This document shows, piece after piece, positions 36,247-46,397 of a stretch of 64,000 nucleotides of DNA (its first letter is position 1; each line of letters begins with the position of its first letter). The translations under genes and the position numbers were made by a program. The notes beneath the pieces were generated by a model. The model was not told where the DNA came from. It did not search any database and saw only the letters and a list, made by a program, of their open reading frames with translations. The stretch is from assembly GCA_947628235.1 (NCBI GenBank), contig CANQZC010000004.1, positions 12,314 to 76,313 of the forward strand, read 5' to 3'. The DNA comes from an uncultured Bacilli bacterium (GTDB lineage Bacteria; Bacillota_I; Bacilli_A; RF39; UBA660).

Positions 36247-38385
36247 ATGGAAGAGAAGATATTAGAAATTTTAAATCGAGAAAGACGAGCACTCGGTGTT
36301 CATGAAATAGAAACATTGATGAAACTAGGAACAGCAGAAGATTTAAAGGAACTATTAAAGGCCTTAAATACTTTAGAACAAGATACAAAAATATATCGTA
36401 CTAAAAAGGGTAGTTACATGCTATTTGAAGATAGTAATTCTAGAGTTGGAATTCTTTCTGTCACCTCTAAAGGGACTGGCTATGTGATGATGGATAATGG
36501 AGAAGAGATAAAAGTCTATGAGGAGCACTTGAATGGAGCGGTTCATAAAGACAAAGTTATCGTCAATATTATCGATAAAAATAGTGAGCCTATGGAGGGA
36601 GAAGTCGTTCGGATTGTCGAACGTGGTGTAAAGCAGATTGTAGGTACTGTTTTCTATAAACATGGTAAGATATTCGTAAAACCAGATGACCAAAAAATTC
36701 AACGAAGTGTCAGAATTGATGTCAATTATCATAAGAATTTAGTAGACGGACATAAAGTTGTTGTCAAACTTTTATCTCCTACCAAAGAATTAGATTATCG
36801 TGGAGAAATTATAAAAGTGATTGGACACATCAATGACCCTGGAGTAGATATTTTATCAATTATGGCAAAGTATGGTATCAATGATGTCTTTAGCGATGAA
36901 GTAATGGAAGAAGTAAGTCATCTTCCAGATAAAGTAACGGAAGAAGAAATTCAAAAAAGAGTGAAAGATCCAAAACAAGATTTAAGAGATGAAGTTATTT
37001 TTACCATTGATGGAAATGACACGAAGGATATTGATGATGCTATTTCAATCCATAAACTAGAGAATGGAAACTATCTATTAGGAGTTCATATTGCCGATGT
37101 TAGTTACTATGTTAAAGAAGATGGAGAATTAGATAAAGAAGCTGCTTCGCGAGGAACTAGTGTTTATTTAGCAGATCGTGTAACCCCAATGCTACCTCAC
37201 GAATTATCGAATGGAATCTGTTCTTTAAATCCTGGTGTAGATAGATTTGCTATCTCTTGTTTTATGGAGATAGATTCTACAGGAAATGTTGTGAAATATG
37301 ACATTTTTGATAGTGTTATTCGTTCTCGTATTCAAATGACTTATGATAAAGTAAATCAAATCTTAGAAAAGAATGAAATACCAGAAGGATATGAAGATTA
37401 TGTATCTCATCTAAAAATGATGCAGGAATTAGCAACTATCTTAAGAAAACATAAAGAAGAAAAAGGATATATTGATTTTGAGATAGAAGAAGCTAAAATC
37501 ATTGTTAATGAAAAGGGAGAAGCCATTGATGTTCAACTTAGAAATCGTGGGGTTGGAGAAAAATTGATTGAGGACTTCATGATTATTGCCAACGAAACCG
37601 TGGCTAGTCACTTCTATTATATGGATTATCCTTTAATATATCGTGTCCATGGTGAACCTAGCGAAGAGAAGATGACAGAATTCCTTCACCTAGTGAGTGT
37701 GTTAGGATATCAAATTCATGCGAATACAAAGAAAATAACGCCAAAAGTAGTTCAAGAAATCTTAAATGAATTAAAGGATAAAAAAGAATATTATATTTTA
37801 TCTAGTCAAATGTTAAGAAGTATGCAGAAGGCAGTCTATGATACGAAAAATATTGGTCACTTTGGACTAGCTAGTAAAATCTATTGTCATTTTACTTCGC
37901 CAATTCGAAGATATCCAGACTTAACCGTTCATCGTTCTATTCGCAAATGTCTTTTAAACCCTGATGTAGATATGAGTGTTATCAAGTCTTGGGAAGCGAA
38001 ACTTCCTTATTATGCAGAACATTCTTCTGAAACAGAAAGAGCATCTGTGGATTGCGAAAGAGAAGTCGACGATATGAAAATGGCAGAATACATGTTATCT
38101 CATATTGGGGAAGAATTCCATGGTATTATTACGAGTGTTATGAGTTTTGGATTCTTTGTTCAACTTCCTAATATGATTGAAGGACTTGTTAGAATTGAAG
38201 ATTTAAAAGATGATTACTATACTTACGATGAAAGTACTTTCTCTTTATCAGGAAAGAAAAATAAACGAGGATATCGTTTAGGGGATGAAATAGATGTGGT
38301 TGTAAAGACAGCCTCTAAAGAAGCTCATACGATTGACTTTATAACGAAAAAGGATGCTATCAATGAAGAAAAGAAAACTGCGTAA
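36247..38385 (+). CDS. rnr: Ribonuclease R
   Basis: The RNB catalytic region motifs and a C-terminal S1-like domain are present. The ATG at 36247 is preferred. Confidence 0.85.
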   Translation: MEEKILEILNRERRALGVHEIETLMKLGTAEDLKELLKALNTLEQDTKIYRTKKGSYMLFEDSNSRVGILSVTSKGTGYVMMDNGEEIKVYEEHLNGAVHKDKVIVNIIDKNSEPMEGEVVRIVERGVKQIVGTVFYKHGKIFVKPDDQKIQRSVRIDVNYHKNLVDGHKVVVKLLSPTKELDYRGEIIKVIGHINDPGVDILSIMAKYGINDVFSDEVMEEVSHLPDKVTEEEIQKRVKDPKQDLRDEVIFTIDGNDTKDIDDAISIHKLENGNYLLGVHIADVSYYVKEDGELDKEAASRGTSVYLADRVTPMLPHELSNGICSLNPGVDRFAISCFMEIDSTGNVVKYDIFDSVIRSRIQMTYDKVNQILEKNEIPEGYEDYVSHLKMMQELATILRKHKEEKGYIDFEIEEAKIIVNEKGEAIDVQLRNRGVGEKLIEDFMIIANETVASHFYYMDYPLIYRVHGEPSEEKMTEFLHLVSVLGYQIHANTKKITPKVVQEILNELKDKKEYYILSSQMLRSMQKAVYDTKNIGHFGLASKIYCHFTSPIRRYPDLTVHRSIRKCLLNPDVDMSVIKSWEAKLPYYAEHSSETERASVDCEREVDDMKMAEYMLSHIGEEFHGIITSVMSFGFFVQLPNMIEGLVRIEDLKDDYYTYDESTFSLSGKKNKRGYRLGDEIDVVVKTASKEAHTIDFITKKDAINEEKKTA

Positions 38386-39496
38386 AAAAAGAATTTTTAT
38401 AACGGTACTTTTTCTTCTTGGATTAGGAATTCTTTGCTTTTCCTTTTTTCATAATACTTTCTCTTTTCGGGCGAAAGTAGAGGAATATGCTAACAATGAG
38501 GAAGAAGAATTAGTTCCAACTCAAAAAGAGAAAAGAATGTCTTTGGCGATGGTAGGAGATGCTTTAATTCATGAAGTTGTCTATCGAGATGCATATCAGA
38601 ATGGGAAATATGATTTTACGAATATGTTTACCGAAATAAAGCCACTTCTTACTTCTTATGATTTAAAATATTATAATCAAGAAACGATTATTGGTGGAGG
38701 AACGCCTAGTACTTATCCTAGATTCAATACACCAGAAGCCTTCGCCAATAATTTAACAACTATGGGTTTTAATGTCGTTAGTTTAGCGAATAATCATACC
38801 TTAGATAAAGGAGAATCTGGTATTTTACATTCTGTTTCTTATTGGAAGAAAAAAGAAGGAGTAGTTACGGCTGGAAGCTATTCTTCTTGGGAAGATAGGA
38901 ATAGCGCACCGATTTATAGTAAAAATGGAATCTCCTATGCTTTTTTATCTTATACTGTAGCAACGAATGGGTTAAAAGCTCCTTCAGGAAAGGAATATTT
39001 AGTAAATGTCTATTCCAAAGAACAAGCAAAAAAAGATGTAGAAGCAGTGAAAAAGAAGGGTGCGGAAGTCATTATGGTAGCGATGCACTGGGGAGATGAG
39101 TATACACATACTCCTAATGCGAAACAAAAAGAAATTGCTTCCTATTTATCTAGTTTAGGAGTAAATCTAATTATAGGAGCACATCCACATGTGATTCAGC
39201 CAATTTCTTATGTAGGAGATACTTTAGTCATTTATTCTTTAGGAAATTTTATTTCTGGTCATGAAGTTCCAACACTAGATAAGACAATTGGTCTTTTCGT
39301 TGGATTAGATATTGTCGTTGGGGAAGATGGGAAAGTTCGCTTTGAAAATATCGATAAGCAACTTCTTTATACCTATTGTACTTCTTCTAGAAAGAATTTT
39401 AAGGTTTATCCATTTTCAAAATTGACAGATAAAATTTTAAAGAATTATGAAAGTATAGAAAAAGATTATTTAAAAATCTTAGACAAGAAAGTGTAA
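38354..39496 (+). CDS. CapA/PgsA-like (PGA_cap family) membrane-anchored metallophosphatase-like protein
   Basis: MHWGDEYTHTPN ... LGVNLIIGAHPHVIQPI are motifs of the capsule-synthesis CapA family. It has an N-terminal TM. Confidence 0.65.
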   Translation: MLSMKKRKLRKKRIFITVLFLLGLGILCFSFFHNTFSFRAKVEEYANNEEEELVPTQKEKRMSLAMVGDALIHEVVYRDAYQNGKYDFTNMFTEIKPLLTSYDLKYYNQETIIGGGTPSTYPRFNTPEAFANNLTTMGFNVVSLANNHTLDKGESGILHSVSYWKKKEGVVTAGSYSSWEDRNSAPIYSKNGISYAFLSYTVATNGLKAPSGKEYLVNVYSKEQAKKDVEAVKKKGAEVIMVAMHWGDEYTHTPNAKQKEIASYLSSLGVNLIIGAHPHVIQPISYVGDTLVIYSLGNFISGHEVPTLDKTIGLFVGLDIVVGEDGKVRFENIDKQLLYTYCTSSRKNFKVYPFSKLTDKILKNYESIEKDYLKILDKKV

Positions 39497-39508
39497 GGGT
39501 AGAAAAGT

Positions 39509-40855
39509 ATGAAAAGAGTAGTAAGAAAAAAAGAAAAACCGTTAAGTGACGAGGAACTGCTTTTAGAAGATCAACCAAGGTCTAAAGATAAGAAAAAAGA
39601 GAAGACTTTGGAGAAAAAGCAGTCTTCTAAACCAGAGAAAGAGAAGGTATTAGAGAAAGAAAAATCTTCTAAAAAGGAGAAAGAAGAGATTTTCAAGGAG
39701 GAAAAGCCTTCTAAAAAGAAGAAAAAGAAATCTTTCCCTTGGGGATATGCCTTTTGTTGGGTCGTTCTTTTAAGTATTTTGTCATTTGGAGTTTATTTAA
39801 TTCTTTCTAATCCTACGATTTCTAAGGAAGAAAAACCACAGGTAGAAGAGAAAGAAGAACCGAAAGTAGAGGAAGAGTCAAAAGAAAGAAGAATGTCTTT
39901 AGTTATGGTAGGGGATGCCTTAATTCATGGCGCTGTTTATTATGACGCTAAAAAATCGAATGGAACTTATGATTTTACGAAGATGTTTACTTCTATCCAA
40001 AAGATGATTAAGCCTTATGATTTAAAATACTATAATCAAGAAAGTATTATTGGGGGAGGAGTTCCTCAACATTATCCTAGATTAAATTCTCCAGACGAAA
40101 TTGGAAAAAATTTAGTATCGGCAGGATTTAATCTTGTCAGTTTAGCGAACAACCATGCTCTTGATCAAAATGAATCGGGAATTCTTTATTCTAATGCTTT
40201 TTGGAAAAAACAAAAAAATGTCATTACAGCAGGAACCTATTCTTCTTGGGAAGAGAGAAATGCACTACCTGTCTATGAACAAAATGGAATTACCTATGCA
40301 TTTTTATCTTATACGATGAAGACGAATGGACTTACGATGCCAAGTGGAAAAGAATATTTAGTAAATGTCTATTCAAAAGAACAAGTAAAAAAAGATATTG
40401 AAGCAGTGAAAGAAAAAGGGGCTGAAGTCATTATTGTGTGTATGCACTGGGGTGAAGAATATACTCATGTTCCTACCAAACTTCAAAAAGAAGATGCTAC
40501 TTATCTATCTAGTTTGGGAGTTAATCTCATTATAGGAGCGCATCCACATGTTATTCAGCCAATCGCCTATGTAGGAGATACCTTAGTCATTTATTCTTTA
40601 GGAAATTTTATCTCAGCTCAAAAAGTATTAGGACTTGAAAAGATTATTGGTCTTTTAGTTGGACTAGATATTGTGGTTGAGGAAGATGGGAAAGTTCATT
40701 TTGAAAATATGAAAACAGAATTACTTTATACTTATTACGATAACAATAACCGTAACTTTAAAGTTTATCCTTTTAGTGAACTTACGGATAAAATCTTAAA
40801 GAATCATGATACCATTGAAAAAGAGTACTTAGAGATTTTAAGCAGGGAGGTATAA
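39509..40855 (+). CDS. CapA/PgsA-like paralog with a K/E-rich low-complexity N-terminal insertion
   Basis: It carries the same motifs as the ORF at 38354 and the two proteins align throughout. Confidence 0.65.
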   Translation: MKRVVRKKEKPLSDEELLLEDQPRSKDKKKEKTLEKKQSSKPEKEKVLEKEKSSKKEKEEIFKEEKPSKKKKKKSFPWGYAFCWVVLLSILSFGVYLILSNPTISKEEKPQVEEKEEPKVEEESKERRMSLVMVGDALIHGAVYYDAKKSNGTYDFTKMFTSIQKMIKPYDLKYYNQESIIGGGVPQHYPRLNSPDEIGKNLVSAGFNLVSLANNHALDQNESGILYSNAFWKKQKNVITAGTYSSWEERNALPVYEQNGITYAFLSYTMKTNGLTMPSGKEYLVNVYSKEQVKKDIEAVKEKGAEVIIVCMHWGEEYTHVPTKLQKEDATYLSSLGVNLIIGAHPHVIQPIAYVGDTLVIYSLGNFISAQKVLGLEKIIGLLVGLDIVVEEDGKVHFENMKTELLYTYYDNNNRNFKVYPFSELTDKILKNHDTIEKEYLEILSREV

Positions 40856-40856
40856 C

Positions 40857-41300
40857 ATGGAGATTACCAATCGAAGAGCTAAATATGATTATCTGATTGA
40901 AGAAACATACGAGGCTGGTATTGCTTTAAAAGGGACAGAAATTAAATCTATTCGTAATGGAAAAGCACAATTGAAAGATAGTTACGCGATTTTAAAGAAC
41001 GAAGAAGTTTATCTTTTGAATATGCACATTAGTGTTTATAAAGAAGGAAATATTTTTAATCATGAAGAAACGAGAACTAGAAAACTATTGCTTCATAAGA
41101 AAGAGATTTTAAAGATTAGAGATAAAATAGCCTTAGAAGGTTATACTTTAATTCCTATCAAAGTATATTTTGTGAAAAATCGAGCCAAAGTATTGTTAGG
41201 GATCGCTAAAGGTAAGAAAACATACGATAAAAGAGAGTCTATTAAAAAACGGGATATGGAAAGAGATATGAAGCAACATATGAAAAATTCTTATCGTTAG
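40857..41300 (+). CDS. smpB: SsrA-binding protein
   Basis: The N-terminus NRRAKYDYLIEETYEAGIAL is typical of SmpB. The C-terminal tail is basic. Confidence 0.85.
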   Translation: MEITNRRAKYDYLIEETYEAGIALKGTEIKSIRNGKAQLKDSYAILKNEEVYLLNMHISVYKEGNIFNHEETRTRKLLLHKKEILKIRDKIALEGYTLIPIKVYFVKNRAKVLLGIAKGKKTYDKRESIKKRDMERDMKQHMKNSYR

Positions 41301-41389
41301 AAAGATTATGAAAAACAAGAGAAAACTCTTGCATTCAAAATAAAAATATTATATACTTAAGGTGTAAGACTAGCGAAGGGAGTGTGCTT

Positions 41390-41653
41390 ATGCAAATTAC
41401 ATCTGTAAATGTCAAGAAAATTGACAAAGAAGAATCTAGAATGAAAGGGATTGCTTCTGTATTAATCGACGACTGCTTTGCAGTTCGTGATATCAGAATC
41501 ATTGAAGGAAACGATGGACTATTTATCGCTATGCCTAGTCGTAAGAATGCAGAAGGCGAATATCATGATATAGCGCATCCAATTAATTCAGAAACAAGAA
41601 AAATGTTTGAAGATGCAATATTTGAAGCTTACAATAAAGAAGAAGCTGAATAA
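41390..41653 (+). CDS. spoVG: SpoVG
   Basis: MQITSVNVKKI ... GIASVLIDDCFAVRDIRIIEGNDGLFIAMPSRK matches the SpoVG family. RBS GAAGGGAG. A TTGCAT ... TATACT promoter-like pair lies at 41330..41358. Confidence 0.85.
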   Translation: MQITSVNVKKIDKEESRMKGIASVLIDDCFAVRDIRIIEGNDGLFIAMPSRKNAEGEYHDIAHPINSETRKMFEDAIFEAYNKEEAE

Positions 41654-41676
41654 AAAACTCGAAAGAGTTTTTTTTC
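41652..41676 (+). terminator. Rho-independent terminator: AAAAACTC, loop GAAA, GAGTTTTTTTT
   Basis: The hairpin and T-run can be read directly after the spoVG stop. Confidence 0.55.
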
Positions 41677-41720
41677 ATATCTAGAAAACTTGGACATATA
41701 TATAATTAGGAGGAAAAAAT

Positions 41721-42002
41721 ATGGACAAGGAGATGGCATCTTTTAATCATAATATTACCATTACAGAAAGAAAAAATATTGTGGTAAGTGGGGTAAAAAA
41801 GATTGATAATTTTGATGCGGAAGAATTTTTAATTGAGACTTCGATGGGTCATTTATTGATTAAAGGAAATGACTTAGAAATTATTAAATTAGATACCTAT
41901 CAAGGAAATGTATCAATTAAAGGAAAGTTCAATAGTTTAAGTTATACCGAAAATACCAAAAAAGAAAAAGAAGACTCTATTTTTTCTAAGTTGTTTAAGT
42001 GA
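41721..42002 (+). CDS. yabP: Sporulation protein YabP
   Basis: At 93 aa it has the ITITERKNIVVSGVKKIDNFDAEEFLIETSMGHLLIKG pattern typical of YabP. Its stop overlaps yabQ. Confidence 0.65.
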   Translation: MDKEMASFNHNITITERKNIVVSGVKKIDNFDAEEFLIETSMGHLLIKGNDLEIIKLDTYQGNVSIKGKFNSLSYTENTKKEKEDSIFSKLFK

Positions 42003-42274
42003 TTCCACTTTCTATTCAAATAGAACTCATTTTCTTTTCTTTTGGATTCGGTCTTTTCTTTTTTGTCGTATACTTTCTCTGTGAACGATTTCTTTATTGT
42101 GAAAATGTCTATTTTAGAATCTTAAATACGGGAAGTCTCGTTTTAGCGTCCACACTACTTTATTTTTTAGGAATTGAAAAAATTAGTGATGGAATTTTAC
42201 ACCTTTATTCTTTATTTTTAATTTTGTTAGGTTTTGTCTGTGGAGAGATGATTGCAAGAAGACTAAAAAAATGA
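41999..42274 (+). CDS. yabQ: Spore cortex protein YabQ-like small membrane protein
   Basis: At 91 aa it has 3 TM helices and follows yabP. Confidence 0.45.
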   Translation: MIPLSIQIELIFFSFGFGLFFFVVYFLCERFLYCENVYFRILNTGSLVLASTLLYFLGIEKISDGILHLYSLFLILLGFVCGEMIARRLKK

Positions 42275-42297
42275 TACAATGAGTTTAGGGTGAGGAT

Positions 42298-42735
42298 ATG
42301 GCAAAGCGTAGAAAAGAGATGACCTCTCAAGCAAAATGTCGATTAATTGTTTTTGGCTCTCTTAGTATGATTGCCTTTTTTACTTTAGTTTTTACCCTAT
42401 TATCTTATAGTACTACGATCTATCAACTAGAGAAGCAAAAAAAAGAGTTAGAAAAATCTTATGCTGAGTTACAGGAACATGCTGATGAGTTGAAACTAGA
42501 AATCAATAAATTACAAGATCCAGAATATTTAGCGCAGTATGCTAGAGAGAACTATCTTTATTCTAAAGAAGGGGAATTGATTATTAAGATTAATCAGACG
42601 AATGAAGAAGTAGCCAAACAAGAAGATAAGTTAGATAGAAATAAAAATATTATTACGATCTCTTTAGTTGTCATAGCGTTCGTATTCTTATATATTATCT
42701 TTGGAGGACATAGAAAAAAGAAATCAACTAAGTGA
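42298..42735 (+). CDS. Septum formation initiator family (DivIC/FtsB-like)
   Basis: One TM, then a coiled-coil (ELEKSYAELQEHADELKLEINKLQDPEY). It follows yabPQ, as in Bacillus. Confidence 0.5.
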   Translation: MAKRRKEMTSQAKCRLIVFGSLSMIAFFTLVFTLLSYSTTIYQLEKQKKELEKSYAELQEHADELKLEINKLQDPEYLAQYARENYLYSKEGELIIKINQTNEEVAKQEDKLDRNKNIITISLVVIAFVFLYIIFGGHRKKKSTK

Positions 42736-42743
42736 TTTCTTTT

Positions 42744-43295
42744 TTATGCTTTTAATTCTTCTAAGATACTTTTCTTTTCTTTTTGCTCTTCATAGAGTTC
42801 TTTTTTCGTATACTTTTTAAAGAACGCTACAATACGAGAAGGGAACTTTCTCATGAATTTGTTGTAATCCTTTGTAATATCGTTATAATACTTTCGTAAA
42901 GCAACAATTTCTGATTCCGATTCCATCAATAGAATTTGCGTTTTTACATATCCTTCGTTTTTCTTTAAATCTTCGTATTTTTCAACATAAGATTGAAACT
43001 CTGCAATCGCTGGATAGAGTTGTTTATCTAACTCAATATTGGATACACTTTGGGAACGAAGTTGAATAATGGTTGGTAAGATGGTTCCGGTATCTTCAAT
43101 ATTGGTAGTTTCTTTAATAAAATCAACGGATTTATTTAATAAATCAAATCTTTTTCGTAGGACAGAGTCAATGCTTACTTCGGCTTCATTAATACGAATA
43201 AGATATTCTTGAAAATGATTATAATTGAATAAAAAGATTAAAGCGAGAATTCCACTGACTGCTATCACACTTAAAATGATAACTGCTACTGTCAT
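42744..43295 (-). CDS. lemA: LemA family protein
   Basis: An N-terminal TM is followed by a LemA-like helical domain. Confidence 0.5.
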   Translation of the reverse strand: MTVAVIILSVIAVSGILALIFLFNYNHFQEYLIRINEAEVSIDSVLRKRFDLLNKSVDFIKETTNIEDTGTILPTIIQLRSQSVSNIELDKQLYPAIAEFQSYVEKYEDLKKNEGYVKTQILLMESESEIVALRKYYNDITKDYNKFMRKFPSRIVAFFKKYTKKELYEEQKEKKSILEELKA

Positions 43296-43340
43296 ACTAT
43301 CACCATTCTCATTATAGCAAATTTCTTTGTTCTTGACAAC

Positions 43341-43646
43341 TTAGATAGAAGGATAAAAAATTTCGCTCGTATTAATTTCTTCATCAAATTTAATATAGTT
43401 CACATAAATTAATAAGAGTAAATACCAATTTCCAGTAGTGGGATCACTTAAAATAATATGATCTTTTCCAGACTGTTCAATAATACCTTTAAAGACACGG
43501 TCTCGCCATTCTAAGGAGTCCGCAAAAGAAGTATATACTTCCACTTTCTTTCCTTTGTTTAACCGTAAAATGTTTTCTACATATGACTGTTCATTTAAGG
43601 GAGGAGTATTTTGATAGGGAGAAATATTTCCATAATTATTGTTCAT
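43341..43646 (-). CDS. Hypothetical small protein
   Basis: ORF only. Confidence 0.3.
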   Translation of the reverse strand: MNNNYGNISPYQNTPPLNEQSYVENILRLNKGKKVEVYTSFADSLEWRDRVFKGIIEQSGKDHIILSDPTTGNWYLLLLIYVNYIKFDEEINTSEIFYPSI

Positions 43647-43727
43647 AAAATCATCCTTTCTCTTAAAATATATTTTCTAAATGTTAGAAATATGATATAA
43701 TGACCTTAGAATTGTATAGGTGATAAA

Positions 43728-44174
43728 ATGAAAAAGTTCAGTATAGTTTTAGTAATGGTGGCAGTTCTATTACTTTGTCCATCTATGGTACATGCGATTG
43801 ACCCACTTCCTAGTCATACGACATATGTAGCTTGTGGAGATGCGAAGTCTATTCCTCAACCAGTTCCTCAGTTAACTAGTGTGGCATATACTTTAATTAT
43901 TATAGCAGTACCTGTCATTTTAATTGTTTTTAGTATTGTTACTCTGGTAAAGGCGGTTACAGCAGGTTCTCCTGATGAAATTTTAAAAGCGAGAGGTAAA
44001 TTAATTAAGAAGTTTATTGCTGCTGCTATTATTTTCTTTGTAGCAGGAATTACACAGTTTGTAGTTACGAAGGCAGCGGATGATTCCGAAGGAAATAATA
44101 TTGCTTCTTGTATTAGTTGTTTTCTTTATTATGATGGATGTACGGAATCAGAGCCACCAGAGGCTTACCGATAG
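43728..44174 (+). CDS. Orphan secreted hairpin-family protein P5 (divergent pilin-like paralog)
   Basis: Signal peptide ending VHA. ACGDAKSIPQPVP is followed by two hydrophobic helices flanking AGSPDEILKARGKLIKKFI, then SCISCF. The upstream sequence AAATATGATATAAT is shared with P7. Confidence 0.55.
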   Translation: MKKFSIVLVMVAVLLLCPSMVHAIDPLPSHTTYVACGDAKSIPQPVPQLTSVAYTLIIIAVPVILIVFSIVTLVKAVTAGSPDEILKARGKLIKKFIAAAIIFFVAGITQFVVTKAADDSEGNNIASCISCFLYYDGCTESEPPEAYR

Positions 44175-44257
44175 ATTTGACAAAAACAAATTATTTATGA
44201 TACGATTATGGCGTCTTCTTTGGAGGACGCTTTTTTCTATTCTAAAGGAGGTTTCTT

Positions 44258-45133
44258 ATGACAAAAATATTAGTCATTCCCCCACATAAAGAGGATATTT
44301 CTGAGTTACTTTCCAAAGTAGATGGAATTCTCGTTGGAGTGAAAAATTTCTCTAATAATTTTACGGAAATTTCTAAGGAAGAATTAGAAAAGATTACGAA
44401 GGAAGTAAAAAAGGCGAATAAAGAAATTTTTATCTCGTTAAATAAGAATATGCATCATGCTGATTTAGAAGCATTAACAGAACTATTAAAAAAATGTAAT
44501 CAATTAAAAGTAGATGGTGTTTTTTATTATGATGTAGCAGTTTTATCTATCCATCATAAACTATCGTTAGAAATCCCTCTCATTTGGAGTGCGGAACATC
44601 TAACGACGAATGCCTATACGATAGGATATTGGGAAAATTTTGGTATCAGTGGAACTTTTCTATCTAATGAAATTACAATGAAAGAAATTTTAGAGATTCA
44701 TCAAAGTACTAAGACATATACCTTTGTTCAAGTTTTTGGGTACCTACCAATGTATGTTTCTAGACGACTTGCTATTGATAATTATTTAAAGCATTTTCAT
44801 TTAAAACGGGATGCGAAAGAATTTTATCTATGGAAGGAGAATCATACTTATCCCATCTTAGAGAGAGAAAAATCTACAGAAATCTATTCTTCTTTCTTAT
44901 TGAACGCTATTTCAGAATTTTTAGAATATCAAGAAAGTGGAATAGAATATGCGATTATTAGTGGCTTTTTAGTTCCTTATTCATCTTTAGAAGAAGTTAT
45001 TACTTGCTTTCAAGAAGTAACGGAAGAAAATGTCGAAGAGAAGAAACAAAAGATTCAAGAACTGTTCCCTAATACAGGAAATGGATTTTTATATAAAGAA
45101 ACGGTTTATCAGGTGAAGAAAAATGAAAAATAA
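44258..45133 (+). CDS. Peptidase U32 family protein (YrrN-like)
   Basis: Family-level resemblance only. It is adjacent to the second U32 gene and overlaps it. Confidence 0.45.
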   Translation: MTKILVIPPHKEDISELLSKVDGILVGVKNFSNNFTEISKEELEKITKEVKKANKEIFISLNKNMHHADLEALTELLKKCNQLKVDGVFYYDVAVLSIHHKLSLEIPLIWSAEHLTTNAYTIGYWENFGISGTFLSNEITMKEILEIHQSTKTYTFVQVFGYLPMYVSRRLAIDNYLKHFHLKRDAKEFYLWKENHTYPILEREKSTEIYSSFLLNAISEFLEYQESGIEYAIISGFLVPYSSLEEVITCFQEVTEENVEEKKQKIQELFPNTGNGFLYKETVYQVKKNEK

Positions 45134-46337
45134 ACCAGAATTACTTGCTCCAGCAGGAGATTTAGAAAGATTAAAAGTAGCGCTTCTTTATGGAGCAGAT
45201 GCTGTCTATTTTGGTGGACCTTCTTTTGGGTTAAGAGCCAATGCGATTAATTTTACTTTCGATGAAATGAAAGAAGCAGCTCTTTTTGCGCATTCTTTAG
45301 GGAAAAAAGTTTATGTTACAGTAAATATTATTCTTCATAATAAAGAGGCTAAAGAATTAGTTTCTTATCTTCAAAATATTGAAAAAACGGGAATCGATGC
45401 CATTATTGTAAGTGACCCTTATGTCATTTCTATGGCTAAAAAATATACTTCTTTAGAAATTCATTTATCCACACAACAATCTACCATCAATTATGAGGCT
45501 GCTTCCTTCTTTCAAAAAGAGGGAGTGAAAAGGATTGTCTTAGGAAGAGAATGTAGTAAAGAAGAGATAAAAGAGATTATTACTAGAGTTCCTATTGAGA
45601 TAGAGACATTTATTCATGGAGCGATGTGTGCAGGATATAGTGGAAGATGTGTATTATCTAACTTTCTAACAGATCGAGACTCTAATCGTGGTGGATGTAG
45701 TCAGATTTGTAGGTGGGATTTCAAATTACAAGATCAAGATGGAAAAAGGATAGAAGGGGAAAGAGATTTTACTCTTTGTAGTAAAGATTTATCCCTATTA
45801 AAATATATTCCTGAAATGATTGATATGGGCATCAGTTCTTTTAAAATAGAAGGAAGGATGCGTTCCGTTTACTATATCGCGACGGTTGTTTCTGTGTATC
45901 GAAAAGCGATTGATAAGTACTTAGAAGAAAAAGAGAACTATGTCTATGATGAAAGATTAGAGACGGTTCTTAGAAATTGTGCTAACAGGGATTCTGTTCC
46001 CCAATTCTTTGATGGTTCGACAGGAGAAGAATGTAGTTACTATAATGGTAGGGAAGAGGTATCTAATCAAGACTTTTTAGGAATTGTTTTAGCATATGAT
46101 GAAGAAAAAAAAGAAGCTGTTATTGAGCAGCGTAACTATTTTCAGAAAAAGGATAAGATAGAAATTTTTGGGCCTCATCACGAAGATATTTTCTATGAAG
46201 TAGGCGATATTTATGATGAGGATGGAAATTTAATAGATATTGTAAGACATCCACGGCAGATAGTAAGGATTCCTATGAATGAGAAATTGGAACCTTACGA
46301 TATGCTTCGGATTGCAAAATTAAAGGTTGACAAATAA
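45123..46337 (+). CDS. Peptidase U32 family protein (YrrO/PrtC-like)
   Basis: PELLAPAGDLERLKVALLYGADAVYFGG and E-x-F-x-HGA-x-C motifs. Confidence 0.7.
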   Translation: MKNKPELLAPAGDLERLKVALLYGADAVYFGGPSFGLRANAINFTFDEMKEAALFAHSLGKKVYVTVNIILHNKEAKELVSYLQNIEKTGIDAIIVSDPYVISMAKKYTSLEIHLSTQQSTINYEAASFFQKEGVKRIVLGRECSKEEIKEIITRVPIEIETFIHGAMCAGYSGRCVLSNFLTDRDSNRGGCSQICRWDFKLQDQDGKRIEGERDFTLCSKDLSLLKYIPEMIDMGISSFKIEGRMRSVYYIATVVSVYRKAIDKYLEEKENYVYDERLETVLRNCANRDSVPQFFDGSTGEECSYYNGREEVSNQDFLGIVLAYDEEKKEAVIEQRNYFQKKDKIEIFGPHHEDIFYEVGDIYDEDGNLIDIVRHPRQIVRIPMNEKLEPYDMLRIAKLKVDK

Positions 46338-46397
46338 GAAAAAAAGTAGTATTATTTGGTAGACTTAATGTTAAAAGGAAAGTTAAGGGTGAATTTT

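Noticed and set aside
44080-44289. 69-aa ORF overlapping the P5 3-prime end
   Set aside because: It is an alternative frame, and the P5 frame carries the conserved family motifs.
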